In this document: positions 21,439 through 34,496 of the stretch, piece by piece
Position numbering within the stretch: the first letter of the stretch is position 1
Layout of the letters: every line of letters starts with the position of its first letter
Assembly: GCA_946965045.2 (NCBI GenBank)
Contig: OX337233.1
Coordinates: forward strand, 1,860,001-1,924,000
Origin: Epithemia pelagica
Taxonomy: Eukaryota > Protista > Bacillariophyta
Length of the DNA: 64,000 nt
Direction of reading: 5' to 3'
Notes under the pieces: generated by a model
The model's input: only the letters and a program-made list of their open reading frames with translations
Databases searched by the model: none
Told to the model about the DNA's origin: nothing
Translations under genes and position numbers: made by a program

Positions 21439-22818
21439 ATGAATGCGAAGACCGTGGACCACAATGAGGGCGTCGACCACAACGTTGTACGTCTGGATGG
21501 ATCGACAGGTGAAGGAGGTGGCCAGATTCTGCGGAATGCCATAAGTTATTGCACAATCCTTCAAAAGCTACTTTCAATAACCAAAATCCGAGCGAAACGG
21601 TCCAAACCTGGGCTCAAGGCGCAACATGTGGCATCGATTCAATTACCGGTCCAACTAGCAGGTGGAACGCTGTCTGGAGACTCAGTAGGCTCATCGACCA
21701 TTTCCTACGTTCCTCATGGGGATAATTTCTCAACACAAGACAATTCATACGTCACGAAAGATATTGGAACAGCTGGATCTATCTGTCTGCTTTTACAAGC
21801 TTCCTTGCCGTGTGTGCTCTTCATGAAGTCTTTTCCAGACGAAGGAGAGAGAGTCACATCAGTCGTTGACCCAATTACGACTCGTCTTACCTTGATCGGT
21901 GGCACTAATGCAGCCCTTGCACCGCAATATGACTATTGGAAGGAAGTTTTTCTCCCTATTTTGCATCAACAATGTGGGTTGGATCAAGATCAAGTCGAGG
22001 GTGTTGTGGAACGTCGGGGATACTTTCCGCGTGGTAAAGGCAAAGTTCATGTGAAAGTCAAGTCTCTGACGCCATCCCAATCATTGAATCCTATTCAATT
22101 GACGGAACGAGGAGATTTGGAGTCTGTCCGTATTCGTGCCTTTCACGCGGGCAAATTGCCTCGTCACCTAGCCCAAACCATGGCACAAGCCGCACAACGT
22201 TATTTAAAGGAGCATGGGCTTTGGTTGGACCAGAGAAGAAGTGCAGTAGAAGTCGTCACGGAAACAAATGCCATCGGAAGTGGTTTGGGAATTTTCATTG
22301 TAGCAACTACTACCACGGGTTGCAAATTGGCTGGGTCAGCGCTGTCGTCACCTGGGAAACAGGCTGGCAATGTTGGCATAGAAGCGGCCGAAGAACTGGT
22401 TCGTGCATGGAACGCTGGAGGTTGTGTTGATGAGTGGCTACAGGACCAACTGATTCTCTACATGGCCTTGGCCGATGGGGTTTCCGAAATAATGACTGGC
22501 TGTTTGACACTCCATACGCAAACTGCCATGTGGACGGCCGAGCAGTTCTTGAATGGTCACAACAATCGCAGTGACAACGTCCCACCGTTTGAGGTTCAAA
22601 AGCTCCCAGATGACAAAATAGGAACTAGCGATGAAAACAAAGAAAAAAACACGGAAGGGAAAACACAACGAGCGGACAAAAGACCGAGGCATTCAGCGCC
22701 AGTTAATTTGGTGAATGACGGCGCCAACTACGGCCAAGAGGGTCTCATTCCGGGGAGACACTTGATTCGCTGCAATGGAATTGGTCTTAAAAGGGCAACA
22801 GCTGTGTCAGCTAACTGA
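21439..22818 (+). CDS. RTCA: RNA 3'-terminal phosphate cyclase
   Basis: DGSTGEGGGQILR, KPGLKAQH, RRGYFPRGKG, DEWLQDQL, and the catalytic His region LTLHTQT. Confidence 0.93.
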   Translation: MNAKTVDHNEGVDHNVVRLDGSTGEGGGQILRNAISYCTILQKLLSITKIRAKRSKPGLKAQHVASIQLPVQLAGGTLSGDSVGSSTISYVPHGDNFSTQDNSYVTKDIGTAGSICLLLQASLPCVLFMKSFPDEGERVTSVVDPITTRLTLIGGTNAALAPQYDYWKEVFLPILHQQCGLDQDQVEGVVERRGYFPRGKGKVHVKVKSLTPSQSLNPIQLTERGDLESVRIRAFHAGKLPRHLAQTMAQAAQRYLKEHGLWLDQRRSAVEVVTETNAIGSGLGIFIVATTTTGCKLAGSALSSPGKQAGNVGIEAAEELVRAWNAGGCVDEWLQDQLILYMALADGVSEIMTGCLTLHTQTAMWTAEQFLNGHNNRSDNVPPFEVQKLPDDKIGTSDENKEKNTEGKTQRADKRPRHSAPVNLVNDGANYGQEGLIPGRHLIRCNGIGLKRATAVSAN

Positions 22819-22936
22819 ACTATCCCAATGAGAACCTCGAATGGTGTTGCAAAATCGTTGATTTTATCGTCCTGTCCCATAAGTGAACAGGTGGATTCAG
22901 CTCATCTCTTGAGGCATGTAGAGCAGAAAAAGATTT

Positions 22937-23860
22937 TTACGATTCTACACTTGCAACAAACGCTTCCACCGTTGCTTGTAGAGCTTTGTTCACATCGTTT
23001 TGTACCGTTTTCTTGATGGCCGTTCCTCCCTGTTCTTCCATTTTCTCCTTAGAAGAAGGGATAATTCTCATCAACGCCTTTGGAAATTTGACAGAAACCT
23101 GTAAGCTAACGTCAAAAGAAAAAGAGAAACGACTTGGTCCATTCTCCGTTTCGTTGTCGTCGACAGCCGTAGTGTTCTCAACCAATGAGATGATGGACTT
23201 GGCTCGTCCAGATGCGGGCAAGAACACACCCTTTTCTTTGTCGGCATTACCTGTGAGCTGGTTGAACAACCAAACTGCAGGTTTCAAACCCTCGGTTCGT
23301 TGTTTCTCAGCCACAGAAAAGGTGTGGTATTCCTCCATTGCAGTTTGTTCATTGGTCAAAGTGTAAATACCACTAGCAGCTGTTGTGATGAGTTTCAATC
23401 CAGGGAATTGTACAATGGCTTCGACAGAGAGCAAAGTATCCTTTTCCGTAGGTTTGCGTTCATATCCAAAGTACTCGATAGAATCTTCCCACATCTCCAA
23501 AAGCTCGGATGTGGAGTTCAAAAGTTCCAACCGACGTTCCCCTCCTGCGCTGAACAAAAGGTCTCGTGTACTGTCTTGCATCAAAAAGGCTAGGGCAGCT
23601 TCCTTTGATGTACCTTCTGGCAATGGATCTGACACTCCACAGTAATCACCATCAAATATGAGCTCGGCAGTTTCGTGCAAGCGAGTCGCATGCCCCCTCT
23701 CCAAGGCCGACGACACCTTATGCTTCTGAGGCTGCACAGCAAGGGGGACGAAAGCGTTCACGAGGCAGTTGCAGCCGTAGTGAGGAAAACATCCAATTAG
23801 AGCAAAGACGACAAGGAATATCATCGGCTGGTGCTGGATTCTACGGCACGTCATGGTCAT
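22937..23860 (-). CDS. Hypothetical protein with signal peptide, likely plastid-targeted
   Basis: 307 aa; hydrophobic leader followed by NAFVP, similar to the diatom ASAF motif. Confidence 0.6.
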   Translation of the reverse strand: MTMTCRRIQHQPMIFLVVFALIGCFPHYGCNCLVNAFVPLAVQPQKHKVSSALERGHATRLHETAELIFDGDYCGVSDPLPEGTSKEAALAFLMQDSTRDLLFSAGGERRLELLNSTSELLEMWEDSIEYFGYERKPTEKDTLLSVEAIVQFPGLKLITTAASGIYTLTNEQTAMEEYHTFSVAEKQRTEGLKPAVWLFNQLTGNADKEKGVFLPASGRAKSIISLVENTTAVDDNETENGPSRFSFSFDVSLQVSVKFPKALMRIIPSSKEKMEEQGGTAIKKTVQNDVNKALQATVEAFVASVES

Positions 23861-23985
23861 CGGCGGCTACTAGGAGGCGAACTCATTTACATGCGTACCT
23901 TGTACCTTGGAAAAGTAGTAAGCGAAATGACGACGTCATTTTTTGCTGCGTAGTCGGAAGCACTAGAGCGACCTATCAGCGTGAA

Positions 23986-25909
23986 ATGGGTCGCTTTTCA
24001 AAAGTCTTTGGGTCGCTATGCCTACCATGGTACATGTCCTCTCAACTTTTCTCTTTTCTCAAATGTCCCTCCCGTCCCACCACCATGCCCAAGATCTTCA
24101 CAACTATCGAAACTGTCCAAGAGTTCAAGGAGCCCTCACCTGGAGAGGTGAAAGGGGTCGTTCCGCCGTCAGAGACGAAGAGCAATGACGCAAGTATCTT
24201 TGTGTCCATTGTCAGCTATCGAGGTAGGTTGGATCCTGAAATGCTGTATTCAATTTCTGCCATTGAAACATTCACTCACAGTCTTTCACATCAGACGGCG
24301 AAAGATGTGGCGAAACTCTCAAATCTATCTTTAAGAATTCAAAACACCCGGAGAAGGTGGTTGTTGGAATTGTCGAGCAGAGCGCTTTTGAAGATGCCAA
24401 GTGCATTGATGAATACTGCAAGTCATATGGTACGAATACCTTTTGTCAACGTTTCATATGAGATGATCCCCGCTCATTCTTGGTTGTCGTCTGTACGGCA
24501 TAATGGTTTGCACACGCATAGGCGCTTCTGTTCTTGTAAAGAAGCAAGGTGATGGGAACATTGGCATTATCATGCGCAATGAGACGGAAGCTCAAAAATG
24601 CCCTCACGCTTCGCAGATCCGACTTTTGGCCCTTAATCACCATGCCTCCAAAGGCCCGATGTATGCGCGCAGTCTAATGCGGAAATTATTGGGCAATGAA
24701 AATTTTTGCTTACAAATTGATACACATTCCACTCTATCACCAGACTGGGATGTTGGCTTGTTGCAAGAATGGCGAATGACAAACAATGAATTTGGGGTTC
24801 TTTCCACCATTCCTGCAGATAGATCTCAGTCGTTCAAAGGCAATCCAGGCGCTGTTCCTCGGCAGTGCACCATTAGCTTTCAAAGCAATGGTGTACCCAA
24901 CTATGAGAGTGCCCCTGATGTATATGTTCAAGACCACTCACGACCTCTGTTGTCCCATGCATGGTCTGCTGCGTTCTCCTTTTCCAAATGTCACTTGGAA
25001 GAAACCGTTCCCTATGACCCATTTTCATTTTACGCCATACCTGTGGAACAGTTTGTCCGATTTGCCCGCATGTGGACACGGGGCTACGATACCTACACAC
25101 CGACAAAGAATTATGTGTCCCATGATTATGGTCAGCCAAACAATGGACACGGTGACCTTGAATGGTTCAAACTCTTCTCGAAGAATCAGTTGCGGACCAT
25201 GGCTATAGATCGGGCGAAATTGATTCTGGAGCTCTCTAGTTTGTCAGAAGAACCAGACAGTATCAATGCGGATAGGGCCAATCTGGGGCTCTATGGTTTG
25301 GGACAACGTCGCTCCCTGGAGCAAATGACAGGCTTTATCAATTTTCAACTGGACCCCCAATCCAAAGGCACTTTCGAAAAAGGACCAGCATGTGTGGAAG
25401 GTCATGCCATGGCTCGATACGATGCAACGATCTCTCCCCTGGCGAATCGATATCACGAAGGTGCAACCAAATTGGATCCATATCCCATTTTTCCACTCCG
25501 CACAGAACCAGTCTTTTCATCCCAACACGTCACATCGGCGGAAGTGGCCAAGCATTTACCGGATCGACTGGATACAGATCATTTAGAAATTGCCGTTGGA
25601 GAGAATTTGCGTGCCAAGGTCGTGGAGAAGGATTCTTCCAAGTTTCACAAGTTGGCGGCCAAGTTGCATCATGATCCTTTGGCCGCAGTAGGACCAGAAC
25701 TGTTGGAGCAATCCAATCTTCCACCCACATCAGTACTACTTGTCTTGTGGATCTTTGGATTGGTCATTTGGTACTTTGTGTTTGCAGTGCAACACCATGC
25801 ATCCGCTCCGTCATCGACGGGGGATGAAAAGAACTGGCTGTCCAAAACAAAAGCCAAAGCATCTTCTGGAGGAACTCGAAGGAAAACAAAAATTGTCAAG
25901 GACGTTTAA
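23986..25909 (+). CDS. GT60-family alpha-N-acetylglucosaminyltransferase (Gnt1/Gnt2-like), multi-exon, C-terminal TM helix
   Basis: SIFVSIVSYR|D, LQIDTH, WSAAFSFSK, VPYDP, RMWTRGYD. Introns begin near 24223 and 24431; the 5' end is uncertain. Confidence 0.8.
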
Positions 25910-26443
25910 CCTATACTGTCCCGGCGAAAAGAGGTTATTTAGTATCTATAGAAACGTTCATTTCTATCGGCTTCTTTTACTCGTACGTTGTTGTCTTCCT
26001 AGTTCATGGTTTGTAGATAGTCTGGCTGAAGCGGGATGCAGATGCTCCACCAACGAAGAACATCAGACAGTTTCGTCGTATCTCGTTGCATTTGACGCTC
26101 TACCGGTAGTACTATTACGGGAGGATAGAGGAAGATTACCTATTAGTCTTTGCGAGAGGGGTAGGCAAGATCATTAAGCGGGACCTAAATGCCACGAATC
26201 AGAACTGTCACGGCGTGACGTGGAATGCGAACAGTAGAGCATATGGAAGCTTTGTCTGCTTCCATCACCCATCACCATGGAACGATCTTGTCTGCTCTCC
26301 CATTCCCATCCCCTCATCTGAATGGAGACAACCTGTTTTACGCAAGAGAAACCAGCAAGGCTAGAGAAAAGAGAAGTAACTTGTGAGCAACTATCTCGAC
26401 CATCAGACGACCAAGATTTTCCATAGTACCTCGCCCTTCTACA

Positions 26444-28750
26444 ATGCGTCTTGGGATTCGTTGTCGTCGACATTCATGGGTAATTATACCTCTTGTTTCT
26501 TTGCTCTTGCTTCGTGGGAGGGGAAGAGAAGGAGGTACTCCTGCAGTGAGCCCGGTGGTCTTTTCCAATCGTGTATTGTTCGCTCATGCTTTGGTTGTTG
26601 TGACAAGGCAACAATCTTCCCACCGACTAGTGTATCGACGCGCTGGCAACGACAAGAAGAAAAATTTAGTGTTCCACTCTTCTTGGTTGTTGGCGACTCG
26701 TTCTAGTAATGAAGATTCTTCCGACCGGGAGGATTCGTGGTCCATTGGCGAAGATTGGAATGCCCGATCGCAGTCGGAAAATGGACCTGTGCGCAGTCAA
26801 GACATTTTTCATCAAGATATTGTCGGTAGGGCTGCGTTTTATATGCAGCAGCAACAACAATCCTGGAATGTTTCCTCCATTGCTTCGAATCAAGATGAAT
26901 GGATGCAACAAGCATTGGATGAAATTCACACGACCTCCGAATACGATATAGATGATGATCATGATCATGAAGCTTCTGACGGGGAGAGTGGAAGTGGGTT
27001 TGACAATTTGGTCCCTATGGACGAGGACAGCGACGACCAACTTACAACCCAGGAGGAAATTATGGATCACGAAATCACACAATTGATTCGTTGCAATCAA
27101 GATCCGATGCAGTTTCTCATTCAACAAGGTCGAGCGCTTGCGCCCCTAACCGAAACCGAGCTGCATCATGTACGACAACTCGTGACACTATCGACTCAAG
27201 AAAATCAAGCTGATGAAGCAGTGACTGCCAATACTGCCTTTACGGGGAGACAATCGCTTGCCGTGGCGACACCTTTTTTCCGACAAGCGATTCGAGATAT
27301 CTTTGAACAGCATGCGACTGTCGCTAGGCGACCCCAAAGTGCTACAAGCACCGCGACCAAGGCAGCACAAGAGACTACAGAGAGTTCCCCTGACGAAAAC
27401 AAGATATTGGATGCAAAGTCGGTAGCCTCGTGGTTGCAGCAATCGTTGTCGATTCCGTCTACACGATGTGGACCACACGATCCTCGCGTCCAGCATATCT
27501 TGTCCAAATACGGTCGTCGGGGGCAGTTGGACTTGGCCGACTTTGAATCCTTGTACCTCCAAGCCGTCGTGGGTCCCCCTTCACGAAACCGCAAAGGCAA
27601 GAGTGGAACGACAAAAACCAACCAGAGTTCGTTCAAGGAGGAAATGTCCGCATCATCCATGACGAGTGATGCGCCCAGCAGTGACGCGGAACAAGAAGAA
27701 GAGGAATTTTACCTTTGGTTGAGACTTATACGTTCCTATGAAATTGACCAAGTTTGGAATGATATGGAAATGCATGACATTGAGCCACCGGCCTATACCG
27801 AGTATAGGGCCAAACTACTGGAGTTGCAAAGGGAGCTTGCAGCAAACGGCAGTGACGGCAACGCTTTGACCTTGAGTGGTGACGAACAAGACTTGTTGTT
27901 CCATGACGAATGTGACATTGAAGAAAGCTATGGCAGTAATGGCAAAGACGATCACGAACTGAATGATTCGTGGAAGAAAGATGACAAAACAGGAGTCTGG
28001 ACTAACACCGGTAAGAGCAGTCATGAACTCATTAAGCTTTGCAGCATTGGCAACGACGGAATCGATGTTCCACCGAAAGATGACAAAAAGAAGGGACAAG
28101 AAAAGAAACTCGCCGTCCCTCTCCGTTTCAAAGATGGTGACTTTGTGTACATCGATGAAGAATCGTGCATTGGGTGTATGCAATGCGCCCTCGCGGCTCC
28201 GAGTTCCTTCCGCATGATCCCATCGAGTGGCCGCGCACGTACCTTTGTTCAAGATACGTCTCCGGCTGTGGCGGCGGCTGTATCGAGCTGTCCTGTCAAT
28301 TGCATGTATTATGTGGGTTTTGATCGGTTGGTAGAGCTGGAACGTGCTCGAGATCACCACGAATTCCCTTCGTCGATTCAACATCATCGACATTTTGGTG
28401 CACGCTATCAACACCAAGCAGGTTCTCAACAAGGCGGAGGAGGAAGAAACAGCCGTCTCCAGACGGAAGCGACTGCGACCCAGTGGATTGGCCACACCCC
28501 CATGTATGTGAGTCGAATGGAATCCAGTGATGCCAATCACAAGGAATCAATTTATCATTACATTCGCAATCAATGTTACAAATCATCTGCGTGTCCACAA
28601 AAGGGTTGCTATGATTGTCCTATGTACAAGAGTGACCCAGAAGCCAATCCCAATTTGGCACGCAAACGCAGAGAAGCGAATCATATAAGGGCCCAGCATT
28701 TCATTAAAACTGGTGTCGCTGATGCTTTTCGAAATACGGCTGATTTATAA
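26444..28750 (+). CDS. Ferredoxin-domain protein (4Fe-4S domain of the DnaJ-Fer type)
   Basis: YIDEESCIGCMQC...GRAR...AVSSCPVNC, plus an additional C-terminal CxxxxxCPxxGCxDCP cluster. Confidence 0.75.
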   Translation: MRLGIRCRRHSWVIIPLVSLLLLRGRGREGGTPAVSPVVFSNRVLFAHALVVVTRQQSSHRLVYRRAGNDKKKNLVFHSSWLLATRSSNEDSSDREDSWSIGEDWNARSQSENGPVRSQDIFHQDIVGRAAFYMQQQQQSWNVSSIASNQDEWMQQALDEIHTTSEYDIDDDHDHEASDGESGSGFDNLVPMDEDSDDQLTTQEEIMDHEITQLIRCNQDPMQFLIQQGRALAPLTETELHHVRQLVTLSTQENQADEAVTANTAFTGRQSLAVATPFFRQAIRDIFEQHATVARRPQSATSTATKAAQETTESSPDENKILDAKSVASWLQQSLSIPSTRCGPHDPRVQHILSKYGRRGQLDLADFESLYLQAVVGPPSRNRKGKSGTTKTNQSSFKEEMSASSMTSDAPSSDAEQEEEEFYLWLRLIRSYEIDQVWNDMEMHDIEPPAYTEYRAKLLELQRELAANGSDGNALTLSGDEQDLLFHDECDIEESYGSNGKDDHELNDSWKKDDKTGVWTNTGKSSHELIKLCSIGNDGIDVPPKDDKKKGQEKKLAVPLRFKDGDFVYIDEESCIGCMQCALAAPSSFRMIPSSGRARTFVQDTSPAVAAAVSSCPVNCMYYVGFDRLVELERARDHHEFPSSIQHHRHFGARYQHQAGSQQGGGGRNSRLQTEATATQWIGHTPMYVSRMESSDANHKESIYHYIRNQCYKSSACPQKGCYDCPMYKSDPEANPNLARKRREANHIRAQHFIKTGVADAFRNTADL

Positions 28751-28945
28751 ACACTTTTGAACGAAGAGAATAAGAGTGAAATCGATAACTTGGATTCAAC
28801 TGTCCAGCGACACAATTCCAACTCACAGACCTCCGGTTGATGAGTTCCATATTTCAAAAACACACAAGGCCGTAAATCGTTTTTAACAGCTTCTTCGTTT
28901 ACACATCCTGCTATGTATAAACATTCAGATCTTGTAGTCTTCACA

Positions 28946-31900
28946 TTAATCCATCATTTTCCCATCGTCTGACAATGGGTCAATCTTGCTGTCTCGATCG
29001 GCCAAATTGAAAATGCGCTTTGCAGCATCCTTCGCCTTGTCCTTGTCCACAGCACCCTCAGCAGCTACCGCAAGTCCATATAACGAAAACATTAATGCAA
29101 ACATGGAAACTGCAAAGTCTGTGAAACTCCACGTTGAGTAGTTGTCGAGAAGCCAACCTCCCCACCTGAAAAAAAGTCGTGAGCGCGAAGAATTGATGCG
29201 AAAAACAACAGGCAAAAACTCTAATCTTTTTCTCACCAAAACAGGAGCGCGTAGCCCCACATCCTGTTGCGTGCAAACGAAAACCGCATTGGGTCAGTTG
29301 TGGTCGATCATCAGTTTAATTTTTTGATCGTGTGCGCGAAAGTCTTACTGGATAAATTGACCGGCTCCTGCTCCCACACCTCCCACAAAGCTTTTTCCAA
29401 TAGGGTGTGGTATCTCGTGCTCTAAAGCTGCTGCATACTCTGAGGCTTTCTGTTCCTCTAAAGTCAGAGCAGCGATGGTCTGAATATTCGAAACTGAATC
29501 AATTGCAATCGATCCGGCAGAATTTTCATCCATCTGTTCGTCGTCGCCTTCATCTGCTCCATAGTACATCGCCTGTCATCGTTTCGTCAAAAGTTAGGGC
29601 TCCTCATGCCGGGGAAATAAAACAGCTTTCGGAGATCTTACCATTTCCATTTCCGCACCAAACCCAAGGAAAGGAATCGTGGCCAAACTCAGCAATGCAA
29701 ATGGCCACATGTATACAAAACTTATCACTACACCGACCAAAACACTAGAAAGATTGAGTACCATTGTGCGAATAGGCTCGCCAGAAAACGAGTGAAGTAA
29801 TGCGGCATCTTCGGCCAATTGCGAAGTGATCGAACCTGTAGCATTCAAAAGAGAAAGAGAGAGGCATGAGAGACGAGCTGCCATCAGAATTGAATCACCG
29901 GTTGTCTGTGTACTTTCCTGGATTTCTTAGGTCAAACCACCCGATTTCCTGTCGGACGATACTTGTGAAAGCCAAATCACGAACACGTTTGTTGATGCTT
30001 TCTGATGCATTTCCGAAGCCCCAATACAAAAAGGTGCACCCAATCAATGTTGATATGCACAATGCCACGTATCCGAAAGAAATCTGACGAGCCTTCCGAC
30101 GCACGGTACTTGCTTCGTCGTCAAGGTAGTCCTGGCAAGTAGGAAATTGTTCAACGGGATCTTCGTCGTCACAACTAAGAATGGACGGGTAGAGCACCTC
30201 AATCATATAACCAAAAGCAATCCCCCAACCAGGAAAAACAAGTCCAGCTAGAATGGCACCAATACCACCAATGAAGAAATAGTTCTTTTCTTCGGAGGCA
30301 AGTGATCGAGCTCTTTTGGCGAAAGCTTTCTCGGATTCTCTATCATCTTCAACAGCTTCTACTTTGTCCTTCACATCCTTGGATGGTTCGCCTTTCTCTG
30401 TCAGTGACGTCAGTTCCTTTTTTTGTCCTGGAGTTGTTTCGTTTTGTTGGGTACCAAGGTCCTGAAGAGCCACCAGTCGGGCATAGCGCTGGTTCAATGC
30501 CATGAGCTCGTCGTGAGTACCAATCTCGCGAATCTTACCCTTGTCAACAACGCCGATGCGATCGGCATTCCGGATAGTCGACAACCTGTATAAAAAGAAA
30601 AACCTGTTATCAGTGCACCAATACAGATTTCCGTTTGGCCGATGGATCAAGAATACTTACCTGTGCGCAATAACAATGGTAGTTCGATTATGGTCGGCCA
30701 TAAGTGAGTCAAGCGCTTCTTGTACATGGCGCTCTGACTCTGAATCCAAAGCACTTGTCTAAGCTATCCGAAACAAACATTGTGAGGAGAGACAGCTACT
30801 AGAGCATGGGAAGCTTTCCAAGAAGTCTGTCGTACCGCTTCATCTAGCAGAAGAACTTTGGGGCGCTTCAAAAGAGCTCGTGCGATGCAAATCCGCTGCT
30901 TTTGGCCACCAGAGATGAGAAGAGAGCTTCCCGCACCAACCACAGTATCGTAGCCGTCTGGGAAAGACATGATAAAGTCATGAGCATTTGCGAGTCGCGC
31001 TGCTTCCTGAATTTCTTCAAGTTGAGTTTCACCGTTACGACCATAGCTTATATTCTCACGGATGGAACAATCGAACAACGTAGGTTCTTGGGACACAAGA
31101 CCAAGTTGGTCGCGCCACCACTTTACATTGAGCTCACTAATATCTGCATCATCAAAGAGAACTCTTCCACGATCCGGGTCACTTGAAAGAGCGCACGTAA
31201 AGCATAAGTCATGGTCAACAAGAAAGAAAACCCCAACCTGTGTCACTCACTAAAAACGTTCTGTAAGTTGAATGACGGTACTCTTCCCCTGACCGCTAGG
31301 TCCACAGAGAGCCAAAGTTTCTCCTCGTTTGATGGACAAATTCAAACCACGGAACACTTCGATATCAGGTCTTGCAGGGTAGGAAAAGAACACATTCTCA
31401 AAGCGGATCAAAGATTCGCGGGTACCGAGGTCTTCTTCCGCTGATTCCGGTCGAATCGATCCATGCAATGAATCGTGCATGGAGCTACGCATCGATTCGC
31501 CTAATGCGTCTTTCTTGTTGTTGGATCCGACTCGTTGCTTTTCCACCAACGAATGGTACAAACCACCTAACGCAACCAATTCCTCGTGTGTCCCACTTTC
31601 GACCACTTGTCCCTCATTCACAACGGCAATTTTGTCCGCGTTACGAACCGTACTTAACCTGTGAGCAATAACAAACGTGGTCATGTTTGAACTGGCCATG
31701 AGCGAATCGAGTGCGCTTTGCACCGTTGACTCGCTTTCTGAATCGAGCGCACTGTGGCGGTGCAATGAATGGTAAAGCGTCAGATCCAGTCTGGACAAAG
31801 TAAACAAAGCAAATTCAGACTTTTCCTACCTAGTGGCCTCGTCCAACAACAGAATTTTTGGCTTTTTGATCAAGACACGTGCAATCGCGATCCGCTGCCT

Positions 31901-33892
31901 TTGTCCACCAGAGAGCTGGCCACCCAAATCACCCACTTTGGTTTCATAGCCTTCCGGAAAGGTCATGATAAAGTCGTGAGCATTGGCACGTCGTGCCGCT
32001 TCTTCAATATCTTTTTGTGTCACAGACTGACCCGCTGCAGATGCCCCTGCGGCAATGTTTTCCCTTATACTGGTTGCAAACAATTTGGGTTCTTGTGACA
32101 CCAACCCAACATGCTGACGCAACCACCTTACATTCAGTTCCTTCAAGTCATTGCCATCCAGTAAAACCTTCCCTTTGAGAGGGTCATAGAAGCGCTCCTG
32201 TAAGAAAAGTTTATTATGAGATATAACAAAAACCAGTGTATCAGCTATATGAACCTGAACAAGAGACCAGCGCAAAAGAAAATGGATACCCACCATCAAC
32301 GCAATCGCGGTTGACTTGCCCGAACCTGGTAAGTCATCCGAGTAAAAAAGTCAGATTCATCAACTTCAACCACAAAAAGCAGAAGTCACTGAACAACGCT
32401 TACCAGATGGACCAACCAAAGCAACTGTTGTGCCCGGTTGAATGTCAAGCGAGAATCCTCGAAATACGGCTTGTTCACGCCTCGTCGGGTAGGCAAAGTC
32501 CACATCATCAAATACTATATGACCCATAACACTTTCGGGCTTGAGCCCTACTGTCGTCGAAGCCGCATCAATAACAAATGGTGGTAACATTGCCTGTTCA
32601 CCTCGACGAAGAGGAAGGCTGCCATTTTCGGAATCCCCATTCTCAATCTTCTTGTTCTCGCCAGAGTCTTGGCTGTCGTTCGAGGAGCCGGCATGGCTGG
32701 TTCGTTCAATGGCTGCAATGGCGGGATAACACGCAAACCGTGCGGCTGACCAAGCTTCTACTGCCACAGACACTTGCGGAAGAATGGACGAGGCGATGAA
32801 TACTCCCAAGAGTGATCCCAAAATATCCAAGGACGATGGATCGCATGTGTCATTGTCATCCACTGTACCCGAGGGGTCACACCCACTATCCACAAAATTA
32901 TCCCACAAAAGCCAGGTACCAAACAATGTAATCGCCAGAAACGCTGCAATCAAACTGGCATTTTGAAACCCAGTAGCCAAACCAACTAGCCACACTTGCT
33001 GAACGGCGCCTTGTTGAGCTTCCCATGTTGCCCGGCGGTAGTCATTAATCACTCGTTCGACAGCATTCAAGGCAAAGAGGGTTCGAATGGATCGGACAGC
33101 TGTGGCCACAATGGATCCAGCCTTGGCGTAGGACGCATTGGCCCTAGAGGATTGTGATGTGTTCATTTGAACCAAAAACAAGGCACTCAAGAACATGGCT
33201 GGAGTAAGGGCTAACACCATGAGCGAGTTTTGCCATGACGCATAAAAGGCATAGACCATACCCGCCACAAAGGTTACCAAATATTGTAAACCTGCTGCCA
33301 ACTTTTTGCCAATCCCCTTGCGATATTTGTTTCCATTAATGGTAATCAAGGTTGCTTCCCCCGTCGAATCTCGAATGTCATGGTAGGCCATGTCTTGTCG
33401 CAACAGTGCCGCCAACCAATCTCTTTGCATGGCATGCGTCATGTGAATGGCTGCCGTTTCCATAAAGGTAGCTTGCGCGGTCATGGAGACTAGCAAAATC
33501 ACACCCAGCACCATGAACGAAAAGGCCATGTTCCGAATTTGTGACAAGAACTCATCGTCCACGCTAGCTGACAAATCTTCAAAGACTCGGGCAAACAAAT
33601 ATGCCATGGAAGGATACACCAATCCAGAAATGATTGCAAACATGGAAGCAAGGGCAATCAAGAAGCGTGTTTTTGGAGTTTGGGCAAAGGAGAACAATTG
33701 GCGAAAGGTAGCTTGTGGTGGTGGTGGCGGGGTGGTTTCCTCCACAGTTTCATTCGTTTTCGTCTCTTTCGAAGTGCTTACAGTTGTTTCCATGCTAGCT
33801 TTGGGTTCATCGTCTTCTACGGCAATGTCACCACTGGTTGCTCCATCTTGTTCTTCCTGTTCAACCGCCTTGCCATTGTCTCGATCTTCCAT
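28946..33892 (-). CDS. ABCB (MDR/P-glycoprotein-like) full transporter, multi-exon, TMD-NBD-NBD-TMD order
   Basis: TMD1 about 33700-32700. NBD1 has [30 protein letters not shown]2 has [29 protein letters not shown]2 about 30330-28950, ending [12 protein letters not shown] at 28946. Confidence 0.9.
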
Positions 33893-34496
33893 CTCTCCTC
33901 CTGGTGAACCTGGCTGAGGAACTTCAGAGGCGATCAGCAGTCTAGGAAAGGATCAAACGAGTACTGGTTTGCTTTGATCCTCTAATAGAGGACTCTCTCG
34001 TCGTTTGGAAGAAATAATGTTTGAAGGATTGATTATGTCTTCGAGACTCGCGACAAGGTGGAATATCCGTGGTCAGGTGGAGGTTCGCGTCCGTGTCATG
34101 TCCAGAACAGCCCAAAGATACGGCCGGCTTTTGCGAATGCGCTACGAAATAAATCGGTCGCAGTTTGAGTCCCACCCTACTTTTACGAGTAGCATCCCTC
34201 TAGTCTATAAGATTAACAATGGGTATTGTAAGCGAGCGTCAAATCCTCCCTCTTTTATGAGTAACCTTACGAGTACAATAGAGAAAGGTATTTTGTAGAT
34301 ATTAGATATAATATCTTGTTTGCCTTTCGGTGTAGAGATAGGGATCTAAGGCGGGGAACAAAAAGATAGAGCAAATCATATAAGAGCGACCCATATGCGT
34401 CTAATGTGATCTGGTGAAATTTTGGATCTTTTGGTTGCGATTGGGAGCCAAAAAGATCTCTGTCGTCAATGCCGAGCGAAACAAGACGGAATACGG

